From: a virus
Taxonomy: Duplodnaviria > Caudoviricetes
IMG/VR virus record: IMGVR_UViG_3300037067_006113
Coordinates: 51,272-115,271 of that record
DNA length: 64,000 nt
Strand: one strand, 5' to 3'
Shown here in pieces: positions 48,001 through 55,293 of this stretch; the first letter of the stretch is position 1; each line of letters begins with the position of its first letter. The position numbers and the translations under genes are program-made. The notes beneath the pieces were generated by a model. That model made no database searches, had not been told where the DNA came from, and saw only the letters and a program-made list of their open reading frames with translations.

Positions 48001-49140
48001 TAAATCAATATTGAGTTCTCCCCAAACCCAATTACCCGTAGCGTCAGCAATTTTCGGTCTATATATATGAAATGCTTTACCGTTTTGATAGTTATTTCCA
48101 CCTAATTGAGAATAATCATCTTTTTTATACTTATGATAAACAGCATAAGATCCAATGATATTTTCTGGTCTATAACAACCATGTGATACTTCTTCTGGTA
48201 TTAATTCTGGTTGGTAGAAAAAATCTAAATCTTTAGTTTGGATTGTAAATTCTATTTTATTGGTAGTTGGTTTTTCTTTCAAAATGACTTCAAATTCGTA
48301 TACATCTTCTTCAAATGTAGTTGAATTATGATTGTCATAAAATTCTTTTATTCTTCCATCAATTTTTCCATTTTGTGTAAGTAATGTTTGTGCAGAATTA
48401 ATAAATTTTTCCCACGAATTAAAATAAGAAACATTTATACTAGGAAAGATATCTCCATATATGTAATCGAACTTTTTATTAGTTGTTTTAGCGAAATTAT
48501 AGAAGTCATCTTTAATAATGTTAATTTTGTCTAATCTGTCTGGATATTTGTTTTGTATTAGGTCAATAATTTCTTGGCTAATTTCTACTATAGTAATTGA
48601 TTTAACATTAGGATTTTCTTTTAGTGGATTATTTATTAATCCTAATCCTAAACCGACAATCAAAACGTTTCCTGATGCTTCAATTGCTCTCTGTTGTCGA
48701 ATTTTTCCTTCTATACCATCGTCTCTAGCCCAAATATCATTATTTATTAAAATATGAGGGTAAGGGCTTTTAACATATTGAACATCTCTAATGGTTTCAA
48801 GAAATCCTTTATTGATATCTCTATATTCTTGATAATTACTTTGTTTAGTTTGATAAAAGTGAATATCACGCTTAGTATTTTGCCATTTTATTTTTTCTCC
48901 ATCAGTCGTTACTTTAGGTGTATCTAGATCATTATCAATAATCCTGAATGAAGCATTAACTTCATTATCCCACCTTTTTATTTTTATTTGAGGTAAGAAC
49001 TCATTTGGTTGTTTTATATCTCCAATTTCTAATTCAAACCTCTTTGCTATATCAGGTTCTATATTTTTAATAAAAGTATTATCTTTTATTACATATTGAT
49101 TTTTTATATCATTACTGATATTTCCCTCTATTTTAGGCAT
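42037..49140 (-). CDS. giant multidomain virion protein: N-domain with inserted SAM-MTase fold, beta-sandwich/propeller-like domains, ~52 tandem 14-aa repeats
   Basis: 2367 aa between head and neck genes; VLIVGLGLG/TIVEIS/FDYIYGDI; repeats TIxAKxRI. Confidence 0.8.
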   Translation of the reverse strand: MPKIEGNISNDIKNQYVIKDNTFIKNIEPDIAKRFELEIGDIKQPNEFLPQIKIKRWDNEVNASFRIIDNDLDTPKVTTDGEKIKWQNTKRDIHFYQTKQSNYQEYRDINKGFLETIRDVQYVKSPYPHILINNDIWARDDGIEGKIRQQRAIEASGNVLIVGLGLGLINNPLKENPNVKSITIVEISQEIIDLIQNKYPDRLDKINIIKDDFYNFAKTTNKKFDYIYGDIFPSINVSYFNSWEKFINSAQTLLTQNGKIDGRIKEFYDNHNSTTFEEDVYEFEVILKEKPTTNKIEFTIQTKDLDFFYQPELIPEEVSHGCYRPENIIGSYAVYHKYKKDDYSQLGGNNYQNGKAFHIYRPKIADATGNWVWGELNIDLNTGILTVTIPQEFLDNAVYPVRHAAGLTFGYSTTTGTDLNFGDYIYGSLFTGAAGTATGMSIFVSPNSPTGTDLLMKGIVYLHSNLSKVKETNEATLEGGNNQWYNLTFSSNPNISAVDYVVCGWGNSVKGGGFVGKYDTGSANQGHEVSYTGDGDYDVHMDTAPDPLSSPTHSTKKIAIYVTYTAGFTTYTKTVTAKSSIKKTKTNNCTSKGRIQHNTVTKTLNAKALLNQTKTQTINARSWIIGKPTKPNRIWNDADTYYYYDLDTSTRQTAFRFVPWSNINALNVSLNFSTIASAPLYRVGIMADSGGNPSGTYLGSGTVTPTIEWDWVHATLDTAVNLVAGTTYWIVCKYESGTVGGSNYARQYLRNAGFSELYNYDSQDGDFATYLSSNGGSSWTPQTGNGAIFLINKMFGSPITSYTQGRIYGARLRGQKIYFRQNLVINRIAFYVHKGGTPPNDLTYEIRDVSTNSVLKSGTIADKDNITTSWSRIEAILDSPLTLVAGEGYRFVCGTTGGDTSNYFDVYADSLYGTVESSFYNATYGGAVWGVFQASNDSGTNWLADSSYYSFDTYLDAYMAQTVTAKARITSTVQTVISAAYIIKPWLHTVKARARIAYKIPDKVKHVEIAQSDFHAPLSGDGLVQINDGTIGLFFIKEQATGTGGIQFTYSRSPYTEWSTPITVDDSRDYTISAEAGYDGRVSAQVDSNNNIHVAYKGGQYYRKLTYNASTRDWTVESELTISMPSAYEYYNVSFALAVDQNDRVYISIVYNTDGTVNTEKIGAAYIDVPYTSVTIDNSDIDHYADGKGPGSFNHNLVCIGTEVFFFYSWGTGGNSDLVYWKRGLGGTWGARTVVVANTGGEGWEPFSVVVDKNNVFHIAVTDGGFSIYYINGVEGAWNTIEYLFDYYGIGGKHPLIFLHPNKEDVSIVFESLQSFGWYNKNLLLSSRDTDTGIWETQPREIFPSWIRPFDSIILRDTTHIGNQYYDATHDFSKAPYDGVVHPNTNYTFTAIGDEIYFGLAEKWNIIHISNYYGIATGLTWIHEYWDGSTWKAFTPVDSLTYTDDTRAGKLWSDRDSIPADWESTTLNFINVENRGPFYYIRSRLTAGTLTENITIWNPVPFYTSTGWNSLPRMFFTNPSLNHPTISVWATGNGNIGDSAMMSIYATMWNYENPHNIEAKAIITLFQTNTQTINSKANIGTGITATTQTITAKANIYQICTQSITTKARLQQSRTQTLISKSRIQIMSTQTIGAKSRIERNVTKTVNAIGNIANTQQKTTTSKARISKMSTKSMEVKANIKTLQSKTLIAKSNVLQSQIAGILQSKARIEILSARTITSKGRILVANLVTINAKGRISIFSTQNITGLGRITQSSNRTIYAKANIKSGFIQTVTSKSRLQIISTRTISSIGRIEFGRYKTVESKASILRNTERNIQAKSRVTTTESKTISTKSRIEVRTIQTITTKARVTIYSERIITAKSRIGKLRTEKINVLGRIEVISQQYINALGRITINTERSISANSLIQRMFEQSITSKSRITFVTNQTINAKSNIRNEVIRTLNAKARLQLYGMPNVYAQGNIRNTNEQTVNSKASILITDILRIINVKGRINVIGIYYINAKADINNTQNKTINTKGRIEKPRAYTIVAKSRIEKQSTQTIRSIGRINIDRIRTITAKGSVYIFETRTIVAKASIGSPYGHNIDAKGNIKVTTTHNISTSGHIEINRLVTINAKSRINQSFYQYINAIARITLTTIKTITSKGDIAINVIQNLNTKGRIVIELHSSQTLYALSRIKTFNTKLISAIGNIKKQNERSVIGRGRVGGFSQFNIFAKARIINTYLQTISAKSRLGAYPTQHITAKGDIESIIIQTVCSVGRIGYIYIATISGVKASIVNNIIHLVTAKAKINTIVVIEIITTVRTEDRIKEVTYIKEVTKEIVYNKVRVQEIKNRYTIGKDIDYNKVNVVNVVEPKVQQIKWITARATIEK
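42280..44475 (-). repeat. ~52 tandem 14-aa (42-nt) degenerate coding repeats
   Basis: Consensus [TS]-[IVL]-x-[AS]-K-[AGS]-[RN]-I + 6 aa; counted by hand. Confidence 0.85.
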
Positions 49141-49153
49141 ATAAATATAAATT

Positions 49154-49201
49154 AAAAAAACTCAGTTTAATAAACCATTATGAAATGGTCTAAAACTGAG
49201 T
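49154..49201 (-). terminator. intrinsic terminator upstream of giant gene
   Basis: ACTCAGTTT-TAGACCATT(TCAT)AATGGTTTA-TT-AAACTGAGT followed by T-run. Confidence 0.7.
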
Positions 49202-49231
49202 CTAACTATTAGTAGTTTGCAAATATGGAAA

Positions 49232-49777
49232 TTATAATGCTTTGAAACCTTGCTGTTCGAAGGTTGGGGGTATACCTAATCGACCTTGTTCGTCGATTAT
49301 TAAGACATGTTTTTCATGTTTACCATTTACGTCAGCTTCCCAGCCGATTTCATAGGTAGCAGAGAATTGCATATCAAATCCCTCTGGACCTGGTACAAAG
49401 TCTCTTTTTACATGTCTTACGTAAATTAACTTAGCTTTGTTTCCCCAAGGGGATACAACCTTTTTATCTGATAAAAAAAGACCAAGAGGAATACGAGTTT
49501 CTCCAGCAAATAATTCTTCAAATGGTTTTCCGTCAATATAGAACAAACCATTTTCAAGATTTACCTTTACTAGGTTTAAACCTATCTTTGTAGGTATAAG
49601 TTCAAACTCGTATATTTTTTCTTGGTCTATGTGTCCAAAGTGATATCCTAACTGTTTTTCGTTGTCATACTGTTTTAATACAGTATTATCCTTATAATAA
49701 GCTATCCATTCAAATGTTAAATCTGAACGATTGTGCTTTTCTTCTTCAGTTAGTTTTATTGGTTCGACCATAGGCAT
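49232..49777 (-). CDS. conserved phage hypothetical protein
   Basis: W.A.Y.D...L.QYD...F..ID...LIY.R...Y.IGW pattern; GAGGAG SD. Confidence 0.7.
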   Translation of the reverse strand: MPMVEPIKLTEEEKHNRSDLTFEWIAYYKDNTVLKQYDNEKQLGYHFGHIDQEKIYEFELIPTKIGLNLVKVNLENGLFYIDGKPFEELFAGETRIPLGLFLSDKKVVSPWGNKAKLIYVRHVKRDFVPGPEGFDMQFSATYEIGWEADVNGKHEKHVLIIDEQGRLGIPPTFEQQGFKAL

Positions 49778-49849
49778 AAGATTGTATTCTCCTCGAACAA
49801 TTTAATTGTCTCGATAGCATTGTATTGCAACAACCTATTTAACTAATAC

Positions 49850-50389
49850 TTACACTAAATCTAGTTTTGCTTTTAAAATATCAACACTTAAATAATTAGG
49901 ATGTCTAAAAGTACTCCTGTCTTTATTTATTTTATCTCTCATCTTACAAGTTTCAATTAATAAGTCTTTGTTCCAACTTATTCTCTTTGACTCTCCTTGT
50001 TTAGAGAGAACCATCTTTATGGTATCAATAAAGATTTGACATCTTTTAGATTTCAAAATAAGATAAGGTTGAATTGTTTTTGCTAGATTTAAACAATTTT
50101 CCCAACCACAAATTCTCCATAAGGTTTGTGGCTTTGCTCCTATTTTCCAACTCTTTTGATTATTCCTGTTCCTCAATGTGCCATTCATAATCCTTTGTAT
50201 TTCTTCAAGTACAAATTTATCACTTCTTTGCAGTACTATTGTTATCATTGGATAACAGGTCCATCCTAATCGAGATGTTGGCTCTTTTCTTAAATCTATA
50301 GTGAAGCAACCTTCCCCATCTATAAATCCTGCAAGCCAAGCAATAAAGAATTTGTTATTAGTATTTTTAATACTATATACGGTATTCAT
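49850..50389 (-). CDS. LAGLIDADG homing endonuclease (single motif, free-standing)
   Basis: WLAGFIDGEGCF, I.L...D..VL..I, PYL..K. Confidence 0.85.
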   Translation of the reverse strand: MNTVYSIKNTNNKFFIAWLAGFIDGEGCFTIDLRKEPTSRLGWTCYPMITIVLQRSDKFVLEEIQRIMNGTLRNRNNQKSWKIGAKPQTLWRICGWENCLNLAKTIQPYLILKSKRCQIFIDTIKMVLSKQGESKRISWNKDLLIETCKMRDKINKDRSTFRHPNYLSVDILKAKLDLV

Positions 50390-50409
50390 ATTGCAAACGG
50401 CCTTAACTT

Positions 50410-50664
50410 TTACTTAGTACTTTGCTGAGCTTTGACTAACTCCGTAAATTGACTTACAGGAAAGTCAATCGCTGGACAGTCTTTTCTCAGTACTCTAATT
50501 TCGTCACGTTCTGTGTTATAAAAGAGACTTATATCCGCATCAGCAAATTCAATTTTTACCTTTTCGGTAAGTTTTTCGTCACCTGTTCGAATTGCCTTAG
50601 CTATATCTCTCATTAACTTTGCGAATGTGTCGTCATTAGGATTTATTTTTATAAATTTAGACAT
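50410..50664 (-). CDS. hypothetical protein
   Basis: AAGGA SD. Confidence 0.65.
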   Translation of the reverse strand: MSKFIKINPNDDTFAKLMRDIAKAIRTGDEKLTEKVKIEFADADISLFYNTERDEIRVLRKDCPAIDFPVSQFTELVKAQQSTK

Positions 50665-50706
50665 AACTTTTTCCTTTTACTTTGGTTTCCATTTCGTTAA
50701 TGGAAA

Positions 50707-51213
50707 TTAATTTTCGTCATAAGTCAACGTAAATGTATAGGTGCTTGTATCACCAGCGGCAGCAGCAGTTGTTGTCTGCATTTGCATGATAATAAAGTCT
50801 GAGAAACCAGCAGCTGTTATTGAGCCACCAAGATCTCCACCAAACATTACATTAGCTGAGCCTGGAGAGGTTGTTGGAACGTCAGCAGTAGCAATTGTGC
50901 TCGCACCTGTTATAGGTGTCACATATGCTGTTGTTAATCCATTCCATTTAATGTTAATTCCAGTATCAGGACCTCCAGAAGATTTCCAAAATTTAGCATT
51001 TTGGATTTTGTTAAATGAAGCTGTGAAATGACCTTTTAACCAAACTTCATACGAGTTATTACCCGCTGTGATTGGATAAGAAGTGTAATCCGCTGCTGAA
51101 GCAAGAGAATTACTTGTCTTAAAATTAAAAAGATTTCCAGAAACACCTAAATCTGCTGTGGTCGGAGCACCAGAAGTTCCATATTCACCCCACCAATTAT
51201 AAGTTGCAGCCAT
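50707..51213 (-). CDS. virion structural protein (beta-rich, Ala/Ser/Thr-rich)
   Basis: GAGGAGG SD; PI.AG..SYE.WL...N.KFW...T..YDE pattern. Confidence 0.65.
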   Translation of the reverse strand: MAATYNWWGEYGTSGAPTTADLGVSGNLFNFKTSNSLASAADYTSYPITAGNNSYEVWLKGHFTASFNKIQNAKFWKSSGGPDTGINIKWNGLTTAYVTPITGASTIATADVPTTSPGSANVMFGGDLGGSITAAGFSDFIIMQMQTTTAAAAGDTSTYTFTLTYDEN

Positions 51214-51249
51214 AGTACTTTTTCCTCCTCGTTAAATTATATTATAAGT

Positions 51250-52374
51250 CTACCACTTGTTCCTAAAACTTACGACTCGGTTATAGAATTGTAACCATTC
51301 GCCAATGTGTTTATCAATAGTATTCTGTTGATACCATTGGTGGTTATTCCTACCTAATCGTTTCCTTAAAACTTCATCCTTGATTAACAGTTCTAAAGAG
51401 TCAAACCATTCTTTTCCAGTTGACGCTAAGAAACCTGTATAACCATGCTTCACGCTCTCCTTATAAGGAGTAATATTTGACGCTATAACTGGTATACCTA
51501 AGGCTGCATACTCTTTAATCTTGAGATCGGATTTGCCTTGGTTAAATCCAGTTTCAACTATTGGCGCAATTGCAAAATCAAATGCACACTCTTTTAGTTT
51601 ACTCGGATAGTACAATAAATCAATACCTGGTATCTTTTCTAGTTGTCCACCTTGTTTGCAATGTGGGCAAATTGACGTAGTTGAAGCTATATCTTGAAAA
51701 AGATTTTTACCAGTATTAGATTCTCCAAAATAACCCATCATACAAAAGTGAACTTGCGGATACTTTTGACATATTTTTGTTATTACTTCTTCTACTAATT
51801 GAAGATCATGGTAATGACTTCCTGCACCAGCCCAACCTATTCTAATTATACCGTCATTCTTTTTCTTATAATAGTTATCCCAATGTGTAGCAGTCCATGC
51901 TGGGGTATCCCAAATAGTTTTATCTAAATAGTTTGGTAAAACTTCTATTACTGGATTCCATAAACCATATTCGTTTCGCAATCTTGGTGTGGATACTTGC
52001 ATTGCGTCGCACTTTCGCATAATTTCTAATGCTCTACCAAGATTTGGTCCCATTGGACTCCAAAAGTCAAATGACGGATTGTGAGGTGATATATTTTGAA
52101 GTAAATCGTCCACTTCATATATTATTTTCTTTCCTAATGAATGAGTTTGATTTATTGTTTCAAATATTTGTTGGTCGGATTGTCTTTGAATAACAACCAA
52201 GTGAGCCCACTCTATCTCTTTCCAATTCCAACCAAAGTTTACTATAACATCTGCTAAATCCTGTTTCTTCAATTCGTTAGCAGGAACCATCATGCGATAA
52301 AATCCGCAACCTTTATTATCTCTAGCTATAAATAATATTCTTAGTCGTTCAGGACTTGTTACTTCGTTTGCCAT
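51250..52374 (-). CDS. GT-B (GT4-like) glycosyltransferase
   Basis: GCGFYRM..P, YEVDD, IGWAG..SH..DL, FN..KS.LK..EY.A.GIPVIAS. Confidence 0.85.
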   Translation of the reverse strand: MANEVTSPERLRILFIARDNKGCGFYRMMVPANELKKQDLADVIVNFGWNWKEIEWAHLVVIQRQSDQQIFETINQTHSLGKKIIYEVDDLLQNISPHNPSFDFWSPMGPNLGRALEIMRKCDAMQVSTPRLRNEYGLWNPVIEVLPNYLDKTIWDTPAWTATHWDNYYKKKNDGIIRIGWAGAGSHYHDLQLVEEVITKICQKYPQVHFCMMGYFGESNTGKNLFQDIASTTSICPHCKQGGQLEKIPGIDLLYYPSKLKECAFDFAIAPIVETGFNQGKSDLKIKEYAALGIPVIASNITPYKESVKHGYTGFLASTGKEWFDSLELLIKDEVLRKRLGRNNHQWYQQNTIDKHIGEWLQFYNRVVSFRNKW

Positions 52375-53396
52375 ATTTCTTTTACTCCTATAATTTCTTC
52401 TAATATTGAAACAGATTTATTCCAATTTAGATCTTTAACTGTTTCTAAACCTCCACTTACTAACTTTCTTCTCAATTCTTTATCACTTATTAGTTGTTGT
52501 ATTTTGCCTTCAATTTCTTCCTCCTTATTAAAGGTTAAGCAATTTATATTATTTCTACAAAACATTTTTGATCCAGATGTTTCTCTGGTTAATACAGTAC
52601 AACCACATGCCATTGCCTGAGCTTGTAATTCTGCGGTTCCATCTTCAATATATGCCCTAATTAGAATATCACAGGAAGATAATACACGGCGTGTTTGTTC
52701 AACATTGAGGTTAAACCAATGTTTATCTGATTTAATTGTGTGTGGAGTATCACTAATAGTCCATAGTTGATATCCATGAAGCATTGAAAGTGCCCTATTA
52801 ACCTCTGTAATGCCTTTCCATGGCATAAGATTACCGTCTACTAATATTCTAGGTATTTCGTCTTTTAAGAAAACTAACTCTGGGAAGAATTGGTCTGTAT
52901 TCACACCAATCGGAATTGTTGTTGTAGTTCTTTTATAAATTGTTTTAAATATATTTGTAAGTTCGTCATTCGTAGTTAGGTAATTCATTGGTAGTGTATA
53001 TGATCTTTCAATATATTTTTGTTGTGTATCATATTCTATTTGTAATCTATCTTCGTCTAATTTTGGATAATTTACTTTGAATACTTCCTTTGAATAGAAT
53101 GATTTTTGATCTTCAGTAATTAAATAAAACTTTTTAGCATTGGTTTCAATATCATTTAAAAAATATGCACAAACTGGATAATAAGCAATAATCGCGTCAG
53201 CTTCTGGAAATAGTTTTTGTGCTTCTCTTATATTTATTGGCGTAATAATTAGAGGAAAAAAATCAACCTTAGTTGGTTCATCTAAGGACGTTATTTGTAC
53301 TTCATGTCCTTTATTAACTAACTGATTAGCTAGTTCAAATACTATAGATCCACCATTAGCCTTTAGCGAAGGCATTAAAAATATTATTTTGCTCAT
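52359..53396 (-). CDS. GT-B (GT4-like) glycosyltransferase
   Basis: GG....ELAN.L...GHEV, KG, QAMACG; EX7E motif degenerate. Confidence 0.75.
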   Translation of the reverse strand: MSKIIFLMPSLKANGGSIVFELANQLVNKGHEVQITSLDEPTKVDFFPLIITPINIREAQKLFPEADAIIAYYPVCAYFLNDIETNAKKFYLITEDQKSFYSKEVFKVNYPKLDEDRLQIEYDTQQKYIERSYTLPMNYLTTNDELTNIFKTIYKRTTTTIPIGVNTDQFFPELVFLKDEIPRILVDGNLMPWKGITEVNRALSMLHGYQLWTISDTPHTIKSDKHWFNLNVEQTRRVLSSCDILIRAYIEDGTAELQAQAMACGCTVLTRETSGSKMFCRNNINCLTFNKEEEIEGKIQQLISDKELRRKLVSGGLETVKDLNWNKSVSILEEIIGVKEIWQTK

Positions 53397-53419
53397 ACTT
53401 TTACTTTTACTAATTATTT

Positions 53420-53713
53420 TTAGAACATTACTGCTATAGAGACTTTAACTTCTCCGCCACTTCCATTGTAAAACGAAAGTCTATCAAGACCACGACCTAC
53501 TTCAAATTCTTCTGTTTCGCCATTTGGAAGTAAATAATCTTGAGCGTCAGCAACTTCAGTGCTAGTTGCTGGAGTAAGTAAAATTCTGACATTAGCTGCA
53601 CCAGGATTTACTTTAAGCAGTTTTTCACTAGAAACAACTGTACTTAAATCCAGTTCTCCATGTCCACTATTAGCAATAATTAATTCATATGTTTTAAAAT
53701 TTCCAGTAATCAT
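53420..53713 (-). CDS. hypothetical (possible head decoration) protein
   Basis: beta-rich, downstream of capsid. Confidence 0.55.
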   Translation of the reverse strand: MITGNFKTYELIIANSGHGELDLSTVVSSEKLLKVNPGAANVRILLTPATSTEVADAQDYLLPNGETEEFEVGRGLDRLSFYNGSGGEVKVSIAVMF

Positions 53714-53716
53714 AAT

Positions 53717-54106
53717 TTATTCCTTAACGGTTTTTTTACCTTCCCATTTTTCTGGGTGATTATATCTTATGTGAGATCTTAGTCCAGCTTTAGATTTAGA
53801 TTCGGCACCACAGTATTCGCACTTAAAACCTATTACCTTTTCTTGTGATACTCTAACAATTCTTTTAGCTTGTTTTGTTAGGTTTTCTTCTTTTTCTGCA
53901 CCAACAATAAAATATTCATCTGGATTCATCTTAATTAGGATTCTAGCCCATTTAAGAGGAACTTCCGCTTGAAAATCTCTAAAAACAACAGGTCTACTAA
54001 GTTCACGTTTTTCTTTTTCTCCAGTTTTTGGATCAATTTCTTGAAATACAACTGGTACAGATTCATTATTTATGGTTTTACTTTTTACTATTACGATATC
54101 TTTCAT
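53717..54106 (-). CDS. C2H2 zinc-finger protein
   Basis: FKCEYCG...S..GL.SH.R..H. Confidence 0.75.
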   Translation of the reverse strand: MKDIVIVKSKTINNESVPVVFQEIDPKTGEKEKRELSRPVVFRDFQAEVPLKWARILIKMNPDEYFIVGAEKEENLTKQAKRIVRVSQEKVIGFKCEYCGAESKSKAGLRSHIRYNHPEKWEGKKTVKE

Positions 54107-54157
54107 AGCTTAAACCTCCTTACTGATAAACTATTTACTAAATTATACTACTTCGCT

Positions 54158-54188
54158 TATGGGAGAACAATCAAATTGTCCTCCCATA
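54158..54188 (-). terminator. hairpin downstream of major capsid gene
   Basis: TATGGGAG..ACAAT/ATTGT..CTCCCATA; no clear U-tract, may be a stabiliser. Confidence 0.45.
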
Positions 54189-54231
54189 TTTATAGCTTTT
54201 CTTTTACTAATTGTTTCTATCCGAGTTTAGT

Positions 54232-55239
54232 TTAACCTAAATTCTTGACAACTGCTTGCCATTGAGGTACTCGCACTTCTAGAACAATGTTCCAAACTAT
54301 AGTTTGCGTTTCAGCAAGATCTAAAGCTCGGTAGACTGGAAGTCTATACATTGGTTCTGTTTGCGCTAGAGCTATCTCGTCCATTGTAACAATGAACACG
54401 TCAGTATTAGGATTATTTGGTGAGTTAGCTGCTGTCAAGAAAGGATCCAATACTATTTCAACTGGTCCTGCAAATGACATGTAGCGAGCTACGTTATAAC
54501 CAAAAGTCATCCCAGCACTGGGGTCGTTATAAACGACTTTGTTAGCCCATAGAGCTGCGAAATCTCTCAAATCTTTAGCACCCATGAATAAGTGGGTTGG
54601 ACTACCACCTTTATCCACAATCACTTCGATTGCGTTATCAATGTAGGTCTGGGAAACTGGGTTTCCAGATGCATTAATGGTATTGTCCGCTCCAGCATAA
54701 TCAGCGATGAGTTTATACAAGCCAGTGAAATCATTAGGTGTTGTACCATCATGATTACCGTAGTAGATCTTTTTCTCTACGTCTTGAAGAATTTTACGCA
54801 TACCTTTTTCCAAATGAAGATTCATTAGGTCAAAGTAATCACTTGCCGCCCATTGAGATAAATCGCAAACTTTAACGCTTGTAGCGTAAGTTTTGATTTG
54901 TGCTGAATAGCGAGTAATTGTCGCGTCGTTTTCCAATGGAGTTCCGCACTCTGCAACAGCAGTATCATTGCTGCCGAGAGCCGTAACCATATCCCATTCA
55001 TGTGTCTTACCATTTGCCGCCACTTTCGGAACTCTATCAAGAAACGGAGTGTTTCTCTTGGTGATGTCACCAATTTGAGTATCCAAATGTTCTCTTTGTG
55101 CAAAAGCACCAGAGGTTGTGGTGTAAATAGCATCTTTCATAAGCATGGAAGCTGCTTCATTCACCCCTTGCTCAACTCCAGCTGACTTTTCTAAAAGTGC
55201 AGCAGCTTCAAGTAAGGCTTTTCTATATGTATTTTCCAT
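54232..55239 (-). CDS. major capsid protein (HK97 fold, SU10/DUF5309-like)
   Basis: 335 aa after protease/scaffold; TPFL, HEW, E....YG, F.GL; AAGGAGG SD. Confidence 0.85.
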   Translation of the reverse strand: MENTYRKALLEAAALLEKSAGVEQGVNEAASMLMKDAIYTTTSGAFAQREHLDTQIGDITKRNTPFLDRVPKVAANGKTHEWDMVTALGSNDTAVAECGTPLENDATITRYSAQIKTYATSVKVCDLSQWAASDYFDLMNLHLEKGMRKILQDVEKKIYYGNHDGTTPNDFTGLYKLIADYAGADNTINASGNPVSQTYIDNAIEVIVDKGGSPTHLFMGAKDLRDFAALWANKVVYNDPSAGMTFGYNVARYMSFAGPVEIVLDPFLTAANSPNNPNTDVFIVTMDEIALAQTEPMYRLPVYRALDLAETQTIVWNIVLEVRVPQWQAVVKNLG

Positions 55240-55293
55240 TACTTGTTGCCTCCTTTGAGCATTAATTTTTCAAATAACTTCTGAAACTAAAAC

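Noticed and set aside
27326-49140. Diversity-generating retroelement acting on tail genes
   Set aside because: No reverse transcriptase in the window and no near-identical TR/VR pair seen
49780-50409. Group I intron around the LAGLIDADG gene
   Set aside because: Flanks are only ~20 and ~70 nt and both neighbouring ORFs are complete; treated as free-standing
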